Below are positions 51,047 to 64,000 of a stretch of 64,000 nucleotides of DNA, piece by piece (the first letter of the stretch is position 1; every line of letters begins with the position of its first letter). The stretch lies in contig NC_057719.1 in the NCBI RefSeq assembly GCF_004010195.1, positions 25,802,377 to 25,866,376 of the forward strand, in the 5' to 3' direction. This DNA comes from Chiloscyllium plagiosum. Its lineage: Eukaryota. Made by a program: the position numbers and the translations under genes. Under the pieces are notes generated by a model. The model saw nothing but the letters and a program-made list of their open reading frames with translations. It did no database searches and was not told the DNA's origin.

Positions 51047-51775
51047 CTGCAAGGAAAGAGAGCAGTTAAGTAATTGTGCTAACCTTGCAGCTCTTTTTCA
51101 TGTCACAGAATTAATACATGAAAATTAAATCTGTCAAATAGCAGTGACCAGGTTGTGACTCTTGCAATTCATTTCACAGTATTGTGGTCATCAATTCAAA
51201 TCCAAAGGGTGCTGATATGCAATTGCTTTAATAATGAGATATATCACTTCTTCATTATGAGACTATGGGAGATACTCACTGGGGGAAAAACTAAACTTTG
51301 CAATACTAGTTCTAAGCCTGTATATCTCTATCTGAGGATGGAGTTTTCATATGGTGTGGTCCACTACTTGCAATAATATTTAAGCATTGTTCAATAAAAC
51401 ATGAATACAAGTCATTGCTGTAAATTGCATTACTACTTGAAAGGACAAACTCATTTTAGATAAGATGTTGATATCCTATCTAAATTGCTATTTGCAAATT
51501 TTGTGTTTATTCACATTTTAGTTTGTTTCAGTCCTTTCACGTATGGTGCTCATTTGTTTTTTTTTTGGAGGAAATTTGGCAGATGTTCTCCTCCCAGAAT
51601 CTGAAGCTGCCCAAGCAGAAGGACAAGACAGCAATGCTGGTTGACTTGACTTCTATTTATCCTCATCTCTTCACTTTGTGGTGAAACATTCTCCAAAGTA
51701 TACCAGATTCCCTGAATGGCCATGTCAAAATCAGGAACTCAGCATGTCAATTTAAGAACAGTTTTGTTTTAATAT

Positions 51776-52102
51776 TAGATTAGACTAGACTAGATTAGAC
51801 TACTTATAGTGTGGAAACAGGCCCTTCGGCCCAACAAGTCCACACCGACCCGCCGAAGCGTAACCCACCCATACCGCTACATTTACCCCTTTACCTAACA
51901 CTACGGGCAATTTAGCATGGCCAATTCACCTGACTTGCACATCTTTGGACTGTGGGAGGAAACCGGAGCCCCCGGAGGAAACCCACGCAGACACGGGGAG
52001 AACGTGCAAACTCCACACAGTCAGTCGCCTGAGTCGGGAATTGAACCCGGGTCTCTGGCGCTGCGAGGCAGCAGTGCTAACCACTGTGCCACCGTGCCGC
52101 CC
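51776..52102 (-). mobile_element. HE1-like SINE
   Basis: Full-length reverse copy. Confidence 0.9.
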
Positions 52103-52249
52103 ACAAATTCTTGTCAGGAATGTGGCTTTGTTAGCTGGGCCAGCATTTATTGCCAATCTCTTATTACTTTTGGGAAGGTAGTTTGTGAACTTCCTTCTTG
52201 AACAGCTACAATCCATGGAGGGTACTCACTCTGCTGTATTTTTAAAATT

Positions 52250-53285
52250 CATTTTGAGGGATGTGGGTGTCACTGGCTGGCCAGCGTTTGTTGCCCATTC
52301 CTAGTTGCCATTGAGGTGGTGGTCCTGAACTACCTTCTTGAACTGCTGCAAACCATCTGTTATGGGTTGACACACAATGGCATTAGGAAGGGAATTCCAG
52401 GATTTTGACCCAGTGACTGTGAAGGAATGGTGGTATATTTCCAAGTCAGGATGGTGAATGGCTTGGAGGGGAACTTGAAGATGATGGTGTTCGCATGTAT
52501 CTGCAGCCCTTCTCCTTACAATTGAAACTGGTTGTGGGTTTGGAAGGTGCTGTCTGAGGATCTTTGGTAAATTTCTGCAATGCATCTTATAGATAGTACA
52601 CACTGCTGCTACTGAGAGTCATTTGTGGAGGGAGTGGATATTTGTGGATGTCGTGCCAATCAAGTGGCTACTTTGTCCTGGATGGTATCAAGCTACTTGA
52701 GTGTTGTTGGGGCTGCACCCATCCAGACAAGTGGGGAGTATTCCATTACACTCCTGACGTGTGCCTTGTAGATGATGGACAGGCTTTGAGAAGTCAGAGG
52801 TGAGTTACTCCAGGCAGTATACCTAGCCTCTGACCTGCTCTTGTGCTTATGTAGTAAGTCTAGTTAAGTTTCTGGTCAATTATAGCCCCCAGGATGTTGA
52901 CAGTGGGGGATTCAGTGGTGATAACATTGGTGGTTAGATTGTCTCTTGTTGGTGATAGTCAGAACCTGGCATTTGTGTGCCACAAATGTTACTTGCTATT
53001 TGTCAGCCCAACCCTGGATATTGTCCAGATATTGTTGCATTTGGACACAGACTACTCCAATACCTGAGGAGTCGAGAATGGTTGTAAACATTGTGCAATC
53101 ATCAGCGAAAATCCTTACTTCTGAGCTTATGAGGAAGGGAGGTCTTTGATGAAGCAGCTGAAGATGGTTGGGACCAGATGCTATATTGAGAAACTCCAGC
53201 ACAGGTGTCCTGGAGCTGAGATGATTAACATTCAACAACCTCAACCACTTTCCTTTGTTCTAGGTATGACTGCAACCAGTGTAGA
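52250..53285 (-). mobile_element. Non-LTR LINE of a second family, RT C-terminus and 3' tail; related pieces near 4470-4625, 6155-6400, 49005-49500, 52125-52215, 60200-60500
   Basis: SEVRIFADDCTMF...LDNIQGWADK; SKSWNSLP. Confidence 0.8.
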
Positions 53286-53288
53286 GTT

Positions 53289-53657
53289 AGACAATAGACA
53301 ATAAGTGCAGGAGTAGGCCATTCGGCCCTTGGAGCCAGCACCACCATTCATTATGATCATGGCTGATCATCCACAATCAGTATCCAATTCCTGCCTTATC
53401 CCCATAACCCTTGATCTCACTATATCTAAGAGGTCTATCCATCTCTTTCTTGAAAGTATCCAGAGACTTGACCTCCACTGCCTTCTGGGGCAGAGCATTC
53501 CATATATCCACCACTCTCTGAGTGAAAAAGTTTCTCCTCAACTCTGTTCTAAATGGCCTACCCCTTATTTTTAAACTGTGTCCTCTGATTCTGGACTCAC
53601 CCATCGGCGGAAACATGCTTCCTGCCTCCATAGTGTCGAATCCATTAATAATTTTAT
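53289..53657 (-). mobile_element. CR1 3' end
   Basis: RGHSLKIRGRPFRTELRRNFFTQRVV; (agacaat)n tail. Confidence 0.88.
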
Positions 53658-55061
53658 ACGAGTTTGCCCCCGAATTCCCATTGACTGCAGTTTTGCTTGG
53701 GCAAGACCAGTCTTATGCACCAATAAGACTGCTGGGTAAATCTTTTATTCACAGCAACAACTTGCATTTACATTGGCTCTTTGTTGTAGTAAGGAAGGAC
53801 AAACGTGAACAAAATTCACAGTTACATCCTCGATACTTAACAAGATATTTCACATATTCTTAACATCAGATTTGTTAGTCCAGAATTTGTAACCCTGTAA
53901 CATCCAAACCACTTTCATACATTACTTTTGTTTTTCAGCCACATCAGTGAAATCATAACTTCAAATTCTTCAATGAAATCTATTCTAATGATTGGTAAGA
54001 CAGCTTGTTCTATGAAAGTTTTAAAAATCTTATCTCAGTCTGATGAGAATATTAACACGCTGCACCTTGGAATAATGCTGGAGTCATTTACAGATACATA
54101 TTACAGCCACTTATAAGAATTAATTGTCCGTCCATAAGACAAATGTCAATTCATTGCACTTTTATCGTGGGATTTGATCATTTCCTTTGATTTTGCCATT
54201 AGGAATGAATTCTCTCAGAGGAATCTCTTTGTCATGCACTGATTGACAGTCTACCATTGAGCAGCTCTGCAGATTCCAGCTACCTGTTAGATAACTCAAT
54301 ACAGAAACTGTCAACATGAAGCCACACATAAAAACTCATAAATTTTGATTTGATTTGATTTATTATTGTCACATGTACTGAGATACAATGAAAAGTATTG
54401 TTACGTAAGGTATTGGAACAGAATTAAGGTAGGTTGAAAAATAAATATTTTATTTCACATATTTAGTGAGTGCAACTATTATGAGCATCTAAAGCAAATT
54501 AATAGTTGTGACAAGTACTGAAGGATAATACTTTTATCCTAAGAAACATTGAAATGAAAAAATGATATTGCACCACAATGAAACTGCACTGCATTTCATT
54601 TGCAAGAGACTTTTCTGGATGAAAAAGGGTAAACATTTGTTTTGTACAGTACAATAATAGGAAAAATATTCTGAATACAATCACTTAAAATGCATAGCAG
54701 ACACAGAGCCTAGAGCATAAGTTAAACATATTCACAATTTCCAGGTGGGGAAAGTACTGACCAGTATTATGCTTTTGGCTTTCATCTGTTACAATGTTGC
54801 TGTCGAAATTCTAGGTTAACTTAGAGATTTATGAACAGAAATATTTATACAGTGTGACTACATATGTGTTGTTCAATGTTGTTCCACTTTAAATATTTTC
54901 CTTTCCTTTTGATTTTCTTCCAAATCAATCTTATATACAATATGCTGAAGTGGTCATAGTTATCTGAAAACGTTTTGGTTTATTCATAATGATCCTTCTA
55001 CCCTCGGTAGCACTTCCAGTTTCAGTTCTGGCTCATTTATTAGCTGATGACTGGTAGTCAC

Positions 55062-55347
55062 AGTCTTAGGATCCAGGGTAGGCCATTTAGGACTGTGATG
55101 AAGATAAATTTCTTAAATGCAGACTGTGAGCCTGTGGAATTCTCTACCACAGAAATTGGTTGCAGCCAAAGCATTGAATGTTTTCAAGGAGTTAGCTAAG
55201 GTTCTTAGTACTAAAGAGATCAAAGGGTATGGAGTGAACGGTGGCAGGGTACTGAATTGGATGATCAGCCATGATCATATTGAATTGTGGAATAGGCTTG
55301 AAGGATTGAAGTACCTATTCCTGCTCCTATTTTCTATGCTTCTATGA
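55062..55347 (+). mobile_element. Old CR1 3' end
   Basis: VSLWNSLPQK. Confidence 0.75.
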
Positions 55348-56422
55348 CTAGATCAATCTGAAATTCATGGTGAGAATTCATTAAAGCATAGTAATATTAT
55401 GTCCTTTCAAATTTACTGTAAATTCATGTCATAATGTACATTTGCCTTCAGGCCTTGTGATATTTTGTAATGTTAAAGGCTCCATATGTGCAGATTGCTG
55501 CCATCTTGACATGAACACATGGACTGATTACAAACACTTGCTGGAATATTATGTGAAGGTGGTACCCAGTGTACAATCTAAGTTCTCCTCTGCTTTGCCA
55601 CATGATCTCACAGCCATTTTTTAGTTGCCACGCTATTAACTGGCTCAGGGGCAGACTTCCAACACTATTGGAGAGACCAATCAGATGGCCAGCAGTTTGC
55701 AATCCCAGTATTTCCAGAGAGGGATGGCTACTGCTCGAATTTCTCAAAGAAGAGGTGACAGGGATCTGAGCATATAGTCCAGTCCAGAGTCTTGCTGGAG
55801 CCAGGCTTGCAGGCCCGAGCAATGAGGGTGTTCTGGAGGTACGAGGTTTGGTCAAGTTCACTGCATAGGGTGTGAAATATTGGGGTGAGGTGAAGCAACT
55901 TCAGAGGCACCTGCACTGGGTACACCTTGCCTCACTTAGCTGGCAACAAGATTGCTAGGTTTTACCTGGCACTCTCTACACCTGGCTCTGGCATCTGCTG
56001 TGGTGAGTAAAATCTCAGCAGTGGTAAAATGAGGCCTAAAGTGGGCACTAATAGGTCTGAATTGGCCACTGGTGAGCAGGCCATGTGACCCATCGCTGGC
56101 AATATCCCGAGAGTAGCAGATGGTGAAGAGCGCACATGACACGGGCTGCATGCCCATTTTGCTCCTTCTTACCCTACTTCCAGACACAGCGAGGCCATTG
56201 CGACTAACTGTAATGGTGAAAAATTAAAAGACTGATATTGATCAGCAACAGCCTGTTTTAAACCACTTCACATTTTAATTGGCATGACTTTCATTCAGTT
56301 TTACAGATGTATAAAGAGGTTGCAATCCAGCCCTGCCTGTTTTACAGAATCACCCAAATTCAAAATTATCCCTGTGCAATTGCATCAATGTTGAGCAGAC
56401 GAATAGACATTGTACAAATGCT

Positions 56423-57080
56423 GGCTTATGCCCAAAATGTCAATTCTCCTGCTCCTCGAATGCTGCCTAACCTGCTGTGCTTTTCCAGCACCACACTCTC
56501 GACTCCGACCTCCAGCATCTGCAGTCCTCACCTTCTCCTGATTTATTGACAAGGATACCTTGGTCCCTTTGTACATCTACACTTTCCAATCTGTTACCAC
56601 CAAAGGACTGTGCATCTGTTTCTCGTATTAAAGTAGATAATGCACATTTTGCACATTATATTCCATTCATCACATTCTTATCTATTCACCAAGCCTGTCT
56701 AAATCCTCCTGAAAATGCTTAACAATGTCCTCACAAGACAATTCCCTCTTAACTTTGTAACATCTGCAAATTTGGAAGTATTACATTTGTCCCCCATCTC
56801 CAAATTATTGATAAATATTGTGAATACCTGGGACCTCAAGTGTTGCTCCTTGCAATACTTCACTATATGCAGTCTGACAGAGTGAGAATGACCCATTTAT
56901 TCCCACTCTCTGCTTTCTCTGCCTGTCAGCCAAACATTAGTTCATGCCGGTACATTATCTTGTATCTTACGTGCTTGAGTCTTTTAGTTTTCTTTGGGGG
57001 ATCTTAGCACAAGCTTTTTGGAAACGTAAATATCCCAGATCCGTTGGCTCTCCTTTATCTAAGTTTTTTTTAAAGTACCA
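56423..57080. mobile_element. Family A piece (56423-56540) next to an old minus-strand CR1 RT fragment
   Basis: gcttatgcccaaaatgtc...ctccagcatctgcagtcctcac; SKFADVTKL. Confidence 0.65.
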
Positions 57081-57699
57081 ACTTCAAAAAACTCTAACAA
57101 TTTCAGCGAACACATTTTCCCATTCATCAATCCATGCTGACATGCTTATGCCATTTACACATCAACGTTTTATCAGCTTGCAGTCTCTTGATCATCCGAG
57201 ACTAGGTTTGTGATGAACGATGTGCATTGGAATTCCACAGAAGTTTCAAATTGATGACTCCAAGGGAACTGCGTGGGAAATTTGAACATCTAACAAGCAA
57301 TTCCTTTGCTCCTGAGACTCTACGTGGAAGTTTCTGACTCAAATCTGACAATTCTGGCACACTTTCCCTGGTAGTTACCATGAAATATGAAACAGAAAAA
57401 TCCTTGTCTAACTTCGAATTAACTATATAACTAATACCCCAATCACTCACACTGATGCTCTCACCTTGCCCTTTTGACTCCTTGACAGTCTCCAATGACC
57501 ACAATCCCAAACCGACCTGGCTAGATCATAGCACCCAATCATACCGCTGACTCAATCTGATTCATTCCCAACACTGGACAATTCCACCTCTAGCCCTCAA
57601 CCTGAGAACCCTTCCTAAACTGACTACTTCTTGCCTCACCCACCCATTTACTTGCCACCCTACTAACCTACCTATTTATCCATATCGTACATGCCCCAG

Positions 57700-57738
57700 T
57701 CATTCATTCATTCATTCATTCATTCACTCTTTCATTCA
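57700..57738. repeat. (TCAT)n microsatellite
   Basis: tcattcattcattcattcattcattca. Confidence 0.9.
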
Positions 57739-57924
57739 CAAACATTCATCTACCATCCATTCACTAACTTTCATACCAGACATTCGATCTTACCACACTG
57801 CAGCTGGTATGATAATAAAGAGGTGGGCATCTTCGCTGGTGACCATGAGGATCCATGCACTGACAGAATTCTTCTGCATCATGAATGAGAGGTTTGGCCA
57901 GAAACTTTGCATCCAGGTAAGTAG

Positions 57925-58729
57925 TTGAAGAGTGTGGTGCTGGAAAAGCACAGCCAGTCAGGCACCATCCGAGGAGCAGGAAAGTTGACAATTCGAGCAT
58001 GCGCTTTTCATCAGAAATGAGGGAGTACCCTAAGAGGTTGAGAGATAAATGGGAGGGGGTAGCTGAGAATGCGATAGATAAATGAAGGTAGGGGTGAAGG
58101 TGATAGGTCGAAGGGGAGGGTGGAGTGGATAGGAGGGAAGGAAGATGGACAGATGGGACAGTTTAAGAGGGCGGTGCCAAGTGGAAAGTTGGATCTGGGA
58201 TAAGGTGGGGGGAGGGGAAATGAGGAAACTGGTGAAATCCACATTGATCCCGTGTGGTTTGAGGATCCCAAGGCAGAAGATGAGACTTTCTTCCTCCAGG
58301 AGTTTGGCTGCTAGAGTTTGGCAATGGAGGAGGCCCAGGATTTGCATGTCCTTGGCGGAGTGAGAGGGGGAGTTGAAGTGTTCGACCACAGGGCGCTGGG
58401 GTTGTTTAGAGCGTGTGTCCCAGAGATGTTCTCTGGAACGTTCCACAAGTTGGTGTCCTGTCTTCCCAATGTAGAGGAGACCACATCGAAAGCAATGGAC
58501 ATAGCAGATGGCATGTGTGGAAGGACAGATAAATCTCTGTCAGATGTGAAAGGAATCTTGGGGCCTTGGACAGAGGTGAGTGGGGGAGGTGTGGGCACAG
58601 GTTTTGCACTTCTTACAGTGGCAGGGAAATGTGCCAGGAGTGGAGGGTGGGTTAGTAGGGGGCACGGTCCTAACAAGGGAGTCACAGAGGGAATGGTCTG
58701 CAGTCTGCAAGTTAGCATTCCTCACTTTT
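57925..58729 (-). mobile_element. Penelope-like 3' fragment (GIY-YIG and terminal repeat)
   Basis: PGTFPCHCKKCKTC; REHLWDTR...VVEHFNS; 13-bp TSD tccaggtaagtag (57912-57924 / 58730-58742). Confidence 0.85.
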
Positions 58730-58898
58730 TCCAGGTAAGTAGCCAATTTTCTGTCTGATCAGTGTTGGATACAGCAGTTCCAAGCTAATCAGAAGATTTG
58801 GGCTGTCAGTGCAGTAGAATTAATTTGACACCGAGGTCCATTTAAACAACATGTGTGGCTAGAATTTGCCTCGCTTCCCTCCTGCCAGGGACAATAGC

Positions 58899-58990
58899 GA
58901 TGAAGGGCTTTTGCCCGAAACGTCAATTTTCCTGCTCCTCAGATGCTGCCTGACCTGCTGTGCTTTTCCAGCATCACTTTAATCTTGACA
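58899..58990 (+). mobile_element. Family A half element
   Basis: gatgaagggcttttgcccgaaacgtc with the CT of the core missing. Confidence 0.75.
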
Positions 58991-59139
58991 ATCGTGCATA
59001 CAGTTAGACTGCAGATAATGGTGACAAAAAACATTTTTAATTCCACCTGGGAATCACTGGGAACCCAAAGGTGCAGACAGTGATCTAGAGACATGAAATC
59101 AATTGTTCAAATTTCACCCAAGCATCTGGAACAATTTAA

Positions 59140-60500
59140 ATTAAGCAAAGCAGGAACAAAAAGCTAGTTTAGTAATGGTGAGCATGAAACTACCAAATTG
59201 TGCAATGTTCTCTGGGGATGAAGATCTATCGTCCCTACTTGACCTAGCCTATATGTGAATCCAAACTCTCAGCAATGTGGTTGACTCTTAACCACTTCCT
59301 GAAAGACTTACCTAGCAAGTCACTCAGTTGTATCAAACTTTTAGATTAAAGTAAGATAAGAATAAAATTGCATGGACCATTCAGCAGTGACCTAGGTACT
59401 GGAAGATACAAAGGAATGTTTTGCCAAACAACCCTGCAAAATCCACCTCACTAACATGTGCAGACCTGTGCCAACAGTTATCTGTCAATCAAGTCAAGCA
59501 ACAGCCTGACATAGTCATACACATGCCATCAGACTCCGCCTTCCTCATCCCTGAATATGTCCACCAGACGTAGCAGCATATTGGCATACAGTTGGGAGGG
59601 AATCACCATGGGAATCTTTCAGATTGATTCCAAACACCATCAGGTATCATAGTCAAACATGGAGAAGGAAACTTCCAGCTGATTACCACCTACTATCCTT
59701 CCTCAAGTAATGAATCAATAAACTCCACCATGTTGCACACCATGTAGAAATGACTCTGAGGAGATAAAGTGCACAGTATGTACTTTGAGTATGGGACTTC
59801 AATGGCCATCACCAAGATGTGACTCAGTAGCATCACCACTGGCCAAGACGGCCAAGGCCAGTAGGACACGCCCGCCAAACTGTACCTCACAGGTAGTGAG
59901 ACAAACAAGAGTGAAAAATCAACTTGAGCAATGTACCTGTTGCAAGCACAACTGCCAATGACAGTATTATTAAGAGTATTCACAATACAGTCCTGACAGA
60001 GGCAAAGTCTACTTTTCATAATGAGGATCACTTGCCATTATATTATGGGGCACAACAACTATGTTAAATGGGATAGATTCAGAGCAATTGAAGCAGCTCA
60101 GAACTGGTGTCTAATATGATATGGGATGAGGGCTGTTGTGGCACAGTGTCATTAGTTACTGGAATTCTATCAATCTTTGCCTTGAATAAGATGTTACATA
60201 GCAACTCGCAAGGGTTCCTCAACAGCACCTTCCAAATCCATGACCTGTATCACCTGGAAGGGCAAGGACAGCAGGCACACAACAACACCATCAGCTCTAT
60301 GTTCCCACTCCAAGTCACATTTCATCCTAGCTTGGAAGTATCTTCCCATTCTTCATTGTTGGTGGGTCAAATCCCAAATTTCCTCTTGGATTTCCTTTGC
60401 CAAACAACTGCAGTGATTCAAGAAGTCAGCTCACCACCAGCTACTCAACTGCAGTTACAAACAGTGGCACAAATGTCGGCCTTGGTAGTATGACCCATAT
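59140..60500 (+). mobile_element. Degenerate LINE of the second family: 5' region, endonuclease remnant, 3' tail
   Basis: VKQQPDIVI-like endonuclease start near 59490-59520; tail similar to 52250-52600. Confidence 0.55.
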
Positions 60501-62160
60501 CCCAGAGTTCCCAACACACTAGGTCAAATAGCTCGTCTGTACAGAAATAATTCTGTGCTACTATAATTTTATGGCTAGTTGCTCTACACAGTCTTATTAC
60601 ACTTTTATCTCTAAACATTCTCTCTGGAGCTACTGCTTTGAGACTGTGACTTACAAGTTCAGACGTCTAGGGTTCAGCTCAGGCCATGGTATGAAAATGA
60701 AAAAAGCATCAAGGAAAGCAAAGGAACTATTGCAATAAAAACAGAAAGTGCCGAAGAATCTCTGAGATCTGGTTGCACTTGTAGAGAGAGAGAGAAAAAC
60801 AGTGTAAAACTTCTGAGTTCAGTATGACTCTTCTTGGAAACTGAAAGTACAGTTCAGTGTAGGAACTGAAACTTTGGAAGTAAAATAAATTATAGTTATA
60901 TCTTGAAACGAATAGAAACTATTCTCTCTTTCTTAACATCTTAAATCGATGGCTCCCTTAAGATTTAATGAGCTTGCACAATGAATCATTCAAGTCACAC
61001 TGATTAATGAAAGTCCCTACTTTGATGCTGTCTCAGTGCTGAGTGAACTGTGGTGGGGAAATCTGCAGTCAACCCAACCCAGAGACAGGGAAAATCAAGC
61101 CGGCTGGCAGTTTTAAGGCAGACTTCGCAAAATTATTGTCTTGCAATAGTGTTAAATTTAGCTGTGGTGTTCACACAGGCAAAACGCCTTATGGACTCTC
61201 AATATCAAAGCTCGGATTGCAAGAATAACCACTGGCATCCAAAGATATTCATCTTGGCAACAGAATTGATCTCTTAATGAATCCATACATTCAAGAGATG
61301 CAGGGGTGGGGAGAGAATTGAAAAGGACTAAACAGAATAAAGTGACGGTGGTACTTCATGAGAATGAGGGCCTTGAGCACATGTCTGCTGAGTACTGTAA
61401 AAGCTAGCAAAATGTTAGTGGGTTAAGAGTGAAACAAAATCAAAATATTCTGGATGCTGAAAAGCTGAACTAGAAACAGAAGTAGTGAAACACTCAACAT
61501 ATCGGGCTGTGTATGGAGAATTACTGAAAGGTCACGAACCTGAAACAAGTTAATTCTGTTTCTCTCTTCACAGACACGGCCACCCCAGCCAAACATTTTC
61601 AGCATTTTCTGTTTTTACACCAGTCAATAACTGCCCTCTGACATTTCTTCCAGAGAAGAGAGTTTCTTAAAGGATATATTTTTTATTATTGTACTGAAGA
61701 CATCGATTTGCAAATGTGGCCTGAAGCCAAATACCAGTTCTGAGGAACTAGAAATGTTAACTCTGCCTTCTCCCCATAGATGCTGCTGCGTTCCACCAGC
61801 AATTTCTGTTCTTGTTTCAGATTTCCAGCATCTACAATATTTTGGTTTATAGCAGTCTAACATACGTTTTAAGAAACAGATTAACAGATACAATTATCAA
61901 CAATCTCACTGGTTGATTGGACAAGCATTTATTTTTGTGAAAGATTGGCATTTTTCTTGCAATCTACTCCTTTATTTCAATTTATTTTCTGTCAACACCT
62001 TTGTGGAGAACCTTTGTTACCGCGCCCTCACCTTGACAAATTTGAATTATACAAAATGTTAGTTTCCAAGAGCAAATGAGGAATCTTTTTATCTTCCGAG
62101 ACAAATGTCTTAACCCAAAAGTGTTTACGGTGGTCGCTATAGTGACTGGGGCAAACATTT

Positions 62161-64000
62161 ATAAGACTATAAGATATAGGAGCAGAATTAGGCCATTTGG
62201 TCAATTGAGTCTGATCCACTATTCGATATGTTTCTCTCCTGCCTTCTCCCCCTAATCTTTGATGTCCTTACCAATCAAGAACTTATCTATTTTAAATACA
62301 CTCAATGACGTGGCCTTCACAGCCCACTGTGGCAATGTGTTCCACATATTAATCACCCTCTGGCTGAAGAAATACCTCTTCATCTCAATTGTAAAAGGTC
62401 ATCCGTTTGCTCAGAGCGTGTGCCCTCCAATCCTATTCTCTCCTACTCATGGAAACATGTTCTCAATGTCCACTCTATCCAGACTCCTCAGTTTTCTATA
62501 AGTTTCAATCAGATCTTCCCCTCAGCCTCCTAAACTCACCGCACAACAGAGCCAGAGTCTTTAACTGCTCCTCATACAACAAGCCTTTCATCTGTGGTAT
62601 CATTCTTGTAAACCTTCTCTGGACCTCCTCCAACACCAAGACATCCTTCCTTAGATACAGGGCCCAGAATTGCTCACAATATTCCAAACGCAGTCTGACC
62701 AGAGCCTGATATTGCCTTATCCCTGCTTGTGTATTCTAGCTATCTCAAAATAAATGCACATTGTGTTTGCATTCCTAACTCCCAACTAAATCTGCATTTA
62801 ATCTTAAGAAATTCCTGAACTAGGACTCCTAAGTCCCTTTGTGCTTCAGATTTCCAAAGTTTTTTCCCCATTTAGAAAATGCCTCTATTCTTCCTACTAC
62901 TGTGCATAACATCACACTTTCCCACATTGTAATCAATCTGCCAATTCTTTGCCCACTCTCCCAACCTATCCAAGGCCTTCTGCAGCCTCCCCACTTTCTC
63001 AGCACTGCCTGTCCCTCCATCTAGATTAGAGTGGTGCTGGAAAAGCACAGCAGGTCAGGCAGCATCTGAGGAACAGGAAAATCGACGTTTTGGGCAAAAG
63101 CCCTTCATCTCTAATCTAGACTCTCGTTTCCAGCATCTGCAATCCTTGTTTTTACCTGTCCCTCCACCTATCTTTGTGTCATAGAACCTAGAACCTAGAA
63201 CATAGAAGGTTACAGTGCAGGACAGGTCCTTCAGCCCTCGATGTTGCGCCGACCTGTGGAAATAATCTGATGCCCATCTAACCTACCATTATTATCCATA
63301 TCTATGTCCAATGCCCATTTAAATGCCCTTAATGTCAGTGAGTTTACTACTGTTGCAGGCAGGCCATTCCACACCTCTACTGCTCTCCGAGTGAAGAAAC
63401 TACCCCTAATATCTGTCCTAAATCTATCAGCCCTCAATTTACAGCAACATCCCCTTTTGTTAGCCTTCACCACCCGAGAAAAAAGGCTTTCACTATCCAC
63501 CCTATCTAACCCTCTATCTTATTTGTCTTGATTAAGTCACCACTCAACCTTCTTCTCTCCAATGAAAACAGCCTTAGTTCCTTCACCCTTTGCTCATAAG
63601 ATCTTCCCACCATATCAGGTACCATCCTAGTAAATTTCCTCTGGACCCTTTCCAAAGCTTCCACGTCCTTCCTATATTGAAGTGACCAGAACAGCACGTA
63701 ATACTCCAGGTGTGGCCTTAACCAGATGAAGCATGACTTCATGGCTCTAGAATTCAATCCCCCTACCAATAGATGCCAACACACCATATGCCTTTTTAAC
63801 AACCCTATTAACCTGGGTGGCAACTTTCAGGGATTTATGTACCAGGACACAGATCTCTCTGTTCATCCACATTGCCAAGAATTTTACCTTTAGCCCAGTA
63901 CTCTGCATTCCTGTTATTTCTTCCAGAGTGAACTACCTCACACTTTTCTGCATTAAACTCCATTTGCCACTTCTCAGCCCAGCTCTGCATCTTAGCTATG
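62161..64000 (-). mobile_element. Two CR1 fragments (about 62161-63180 and 63181-64000) with a nested family A element at 63020-63154
   Basis: EYCEQFWALYLRKDV; RPHLEYYVLFWS; TSD cctgtccctcca (63008-63019 / 63155-63166). Confidence 0.88.

Noticed and set aside
344..63154. Recurring gctggaaaagcacagcaggtcaggcagcatcc motif as a CRISPR-like array
   Set aside because: Dispersed rather than regularly spaced, eukaryotic context, and part of Penelope terminal repeats
1..64000. Most ORFs in the six-frame track as protein-coding genes
   Set aside because: They are translations of SINE, LINE or Penelope remnants, chance frames, or span N gaps
51047..64000. Next upstream SLC24A4 exon (LTWW..RDS.YY-like), including the donor-like gacttac near 60650
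   Set aside because: No matching translation found; probably beyond the window

Overview
Eukaryotic, repeat-rich window, most likely from a shark or other elasmobranch (inferred from HE1-type SINEs and CR1/HER1-like LINEs). It holds the middle part of a minus-strand K+-dependent Na+/Ca2+ exchanger gene that best matches SLC24A4/NCKX4: 8 coding exons found between 982 and 51046, with the 5' exons not found in the window and the last exon lying left of it. The introns are filled with CR1 LINEs, HE1 SINEs, Penelope-like (GIY-YIG) elements, a probable solo LTR and an initiator tRNA-Met pseudogene, plus two assembly gaps. Main observations: (1) many short, often palindromic, non-coding Penelope-derived elements with minimal hammerhead ribozyme cores and 9-14 bp target-site duplications; (2) apparent decay of a normally conserved cytoplasmic-loop exon, with a phase-compatible skip; (3) an in-frame alternative donor removing 57 nt; (4) a perfect 64-bp inverted repeat inside a CR1. 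Homolog comparisons are from memory, not from a search. Repeat boundaries are approximate.
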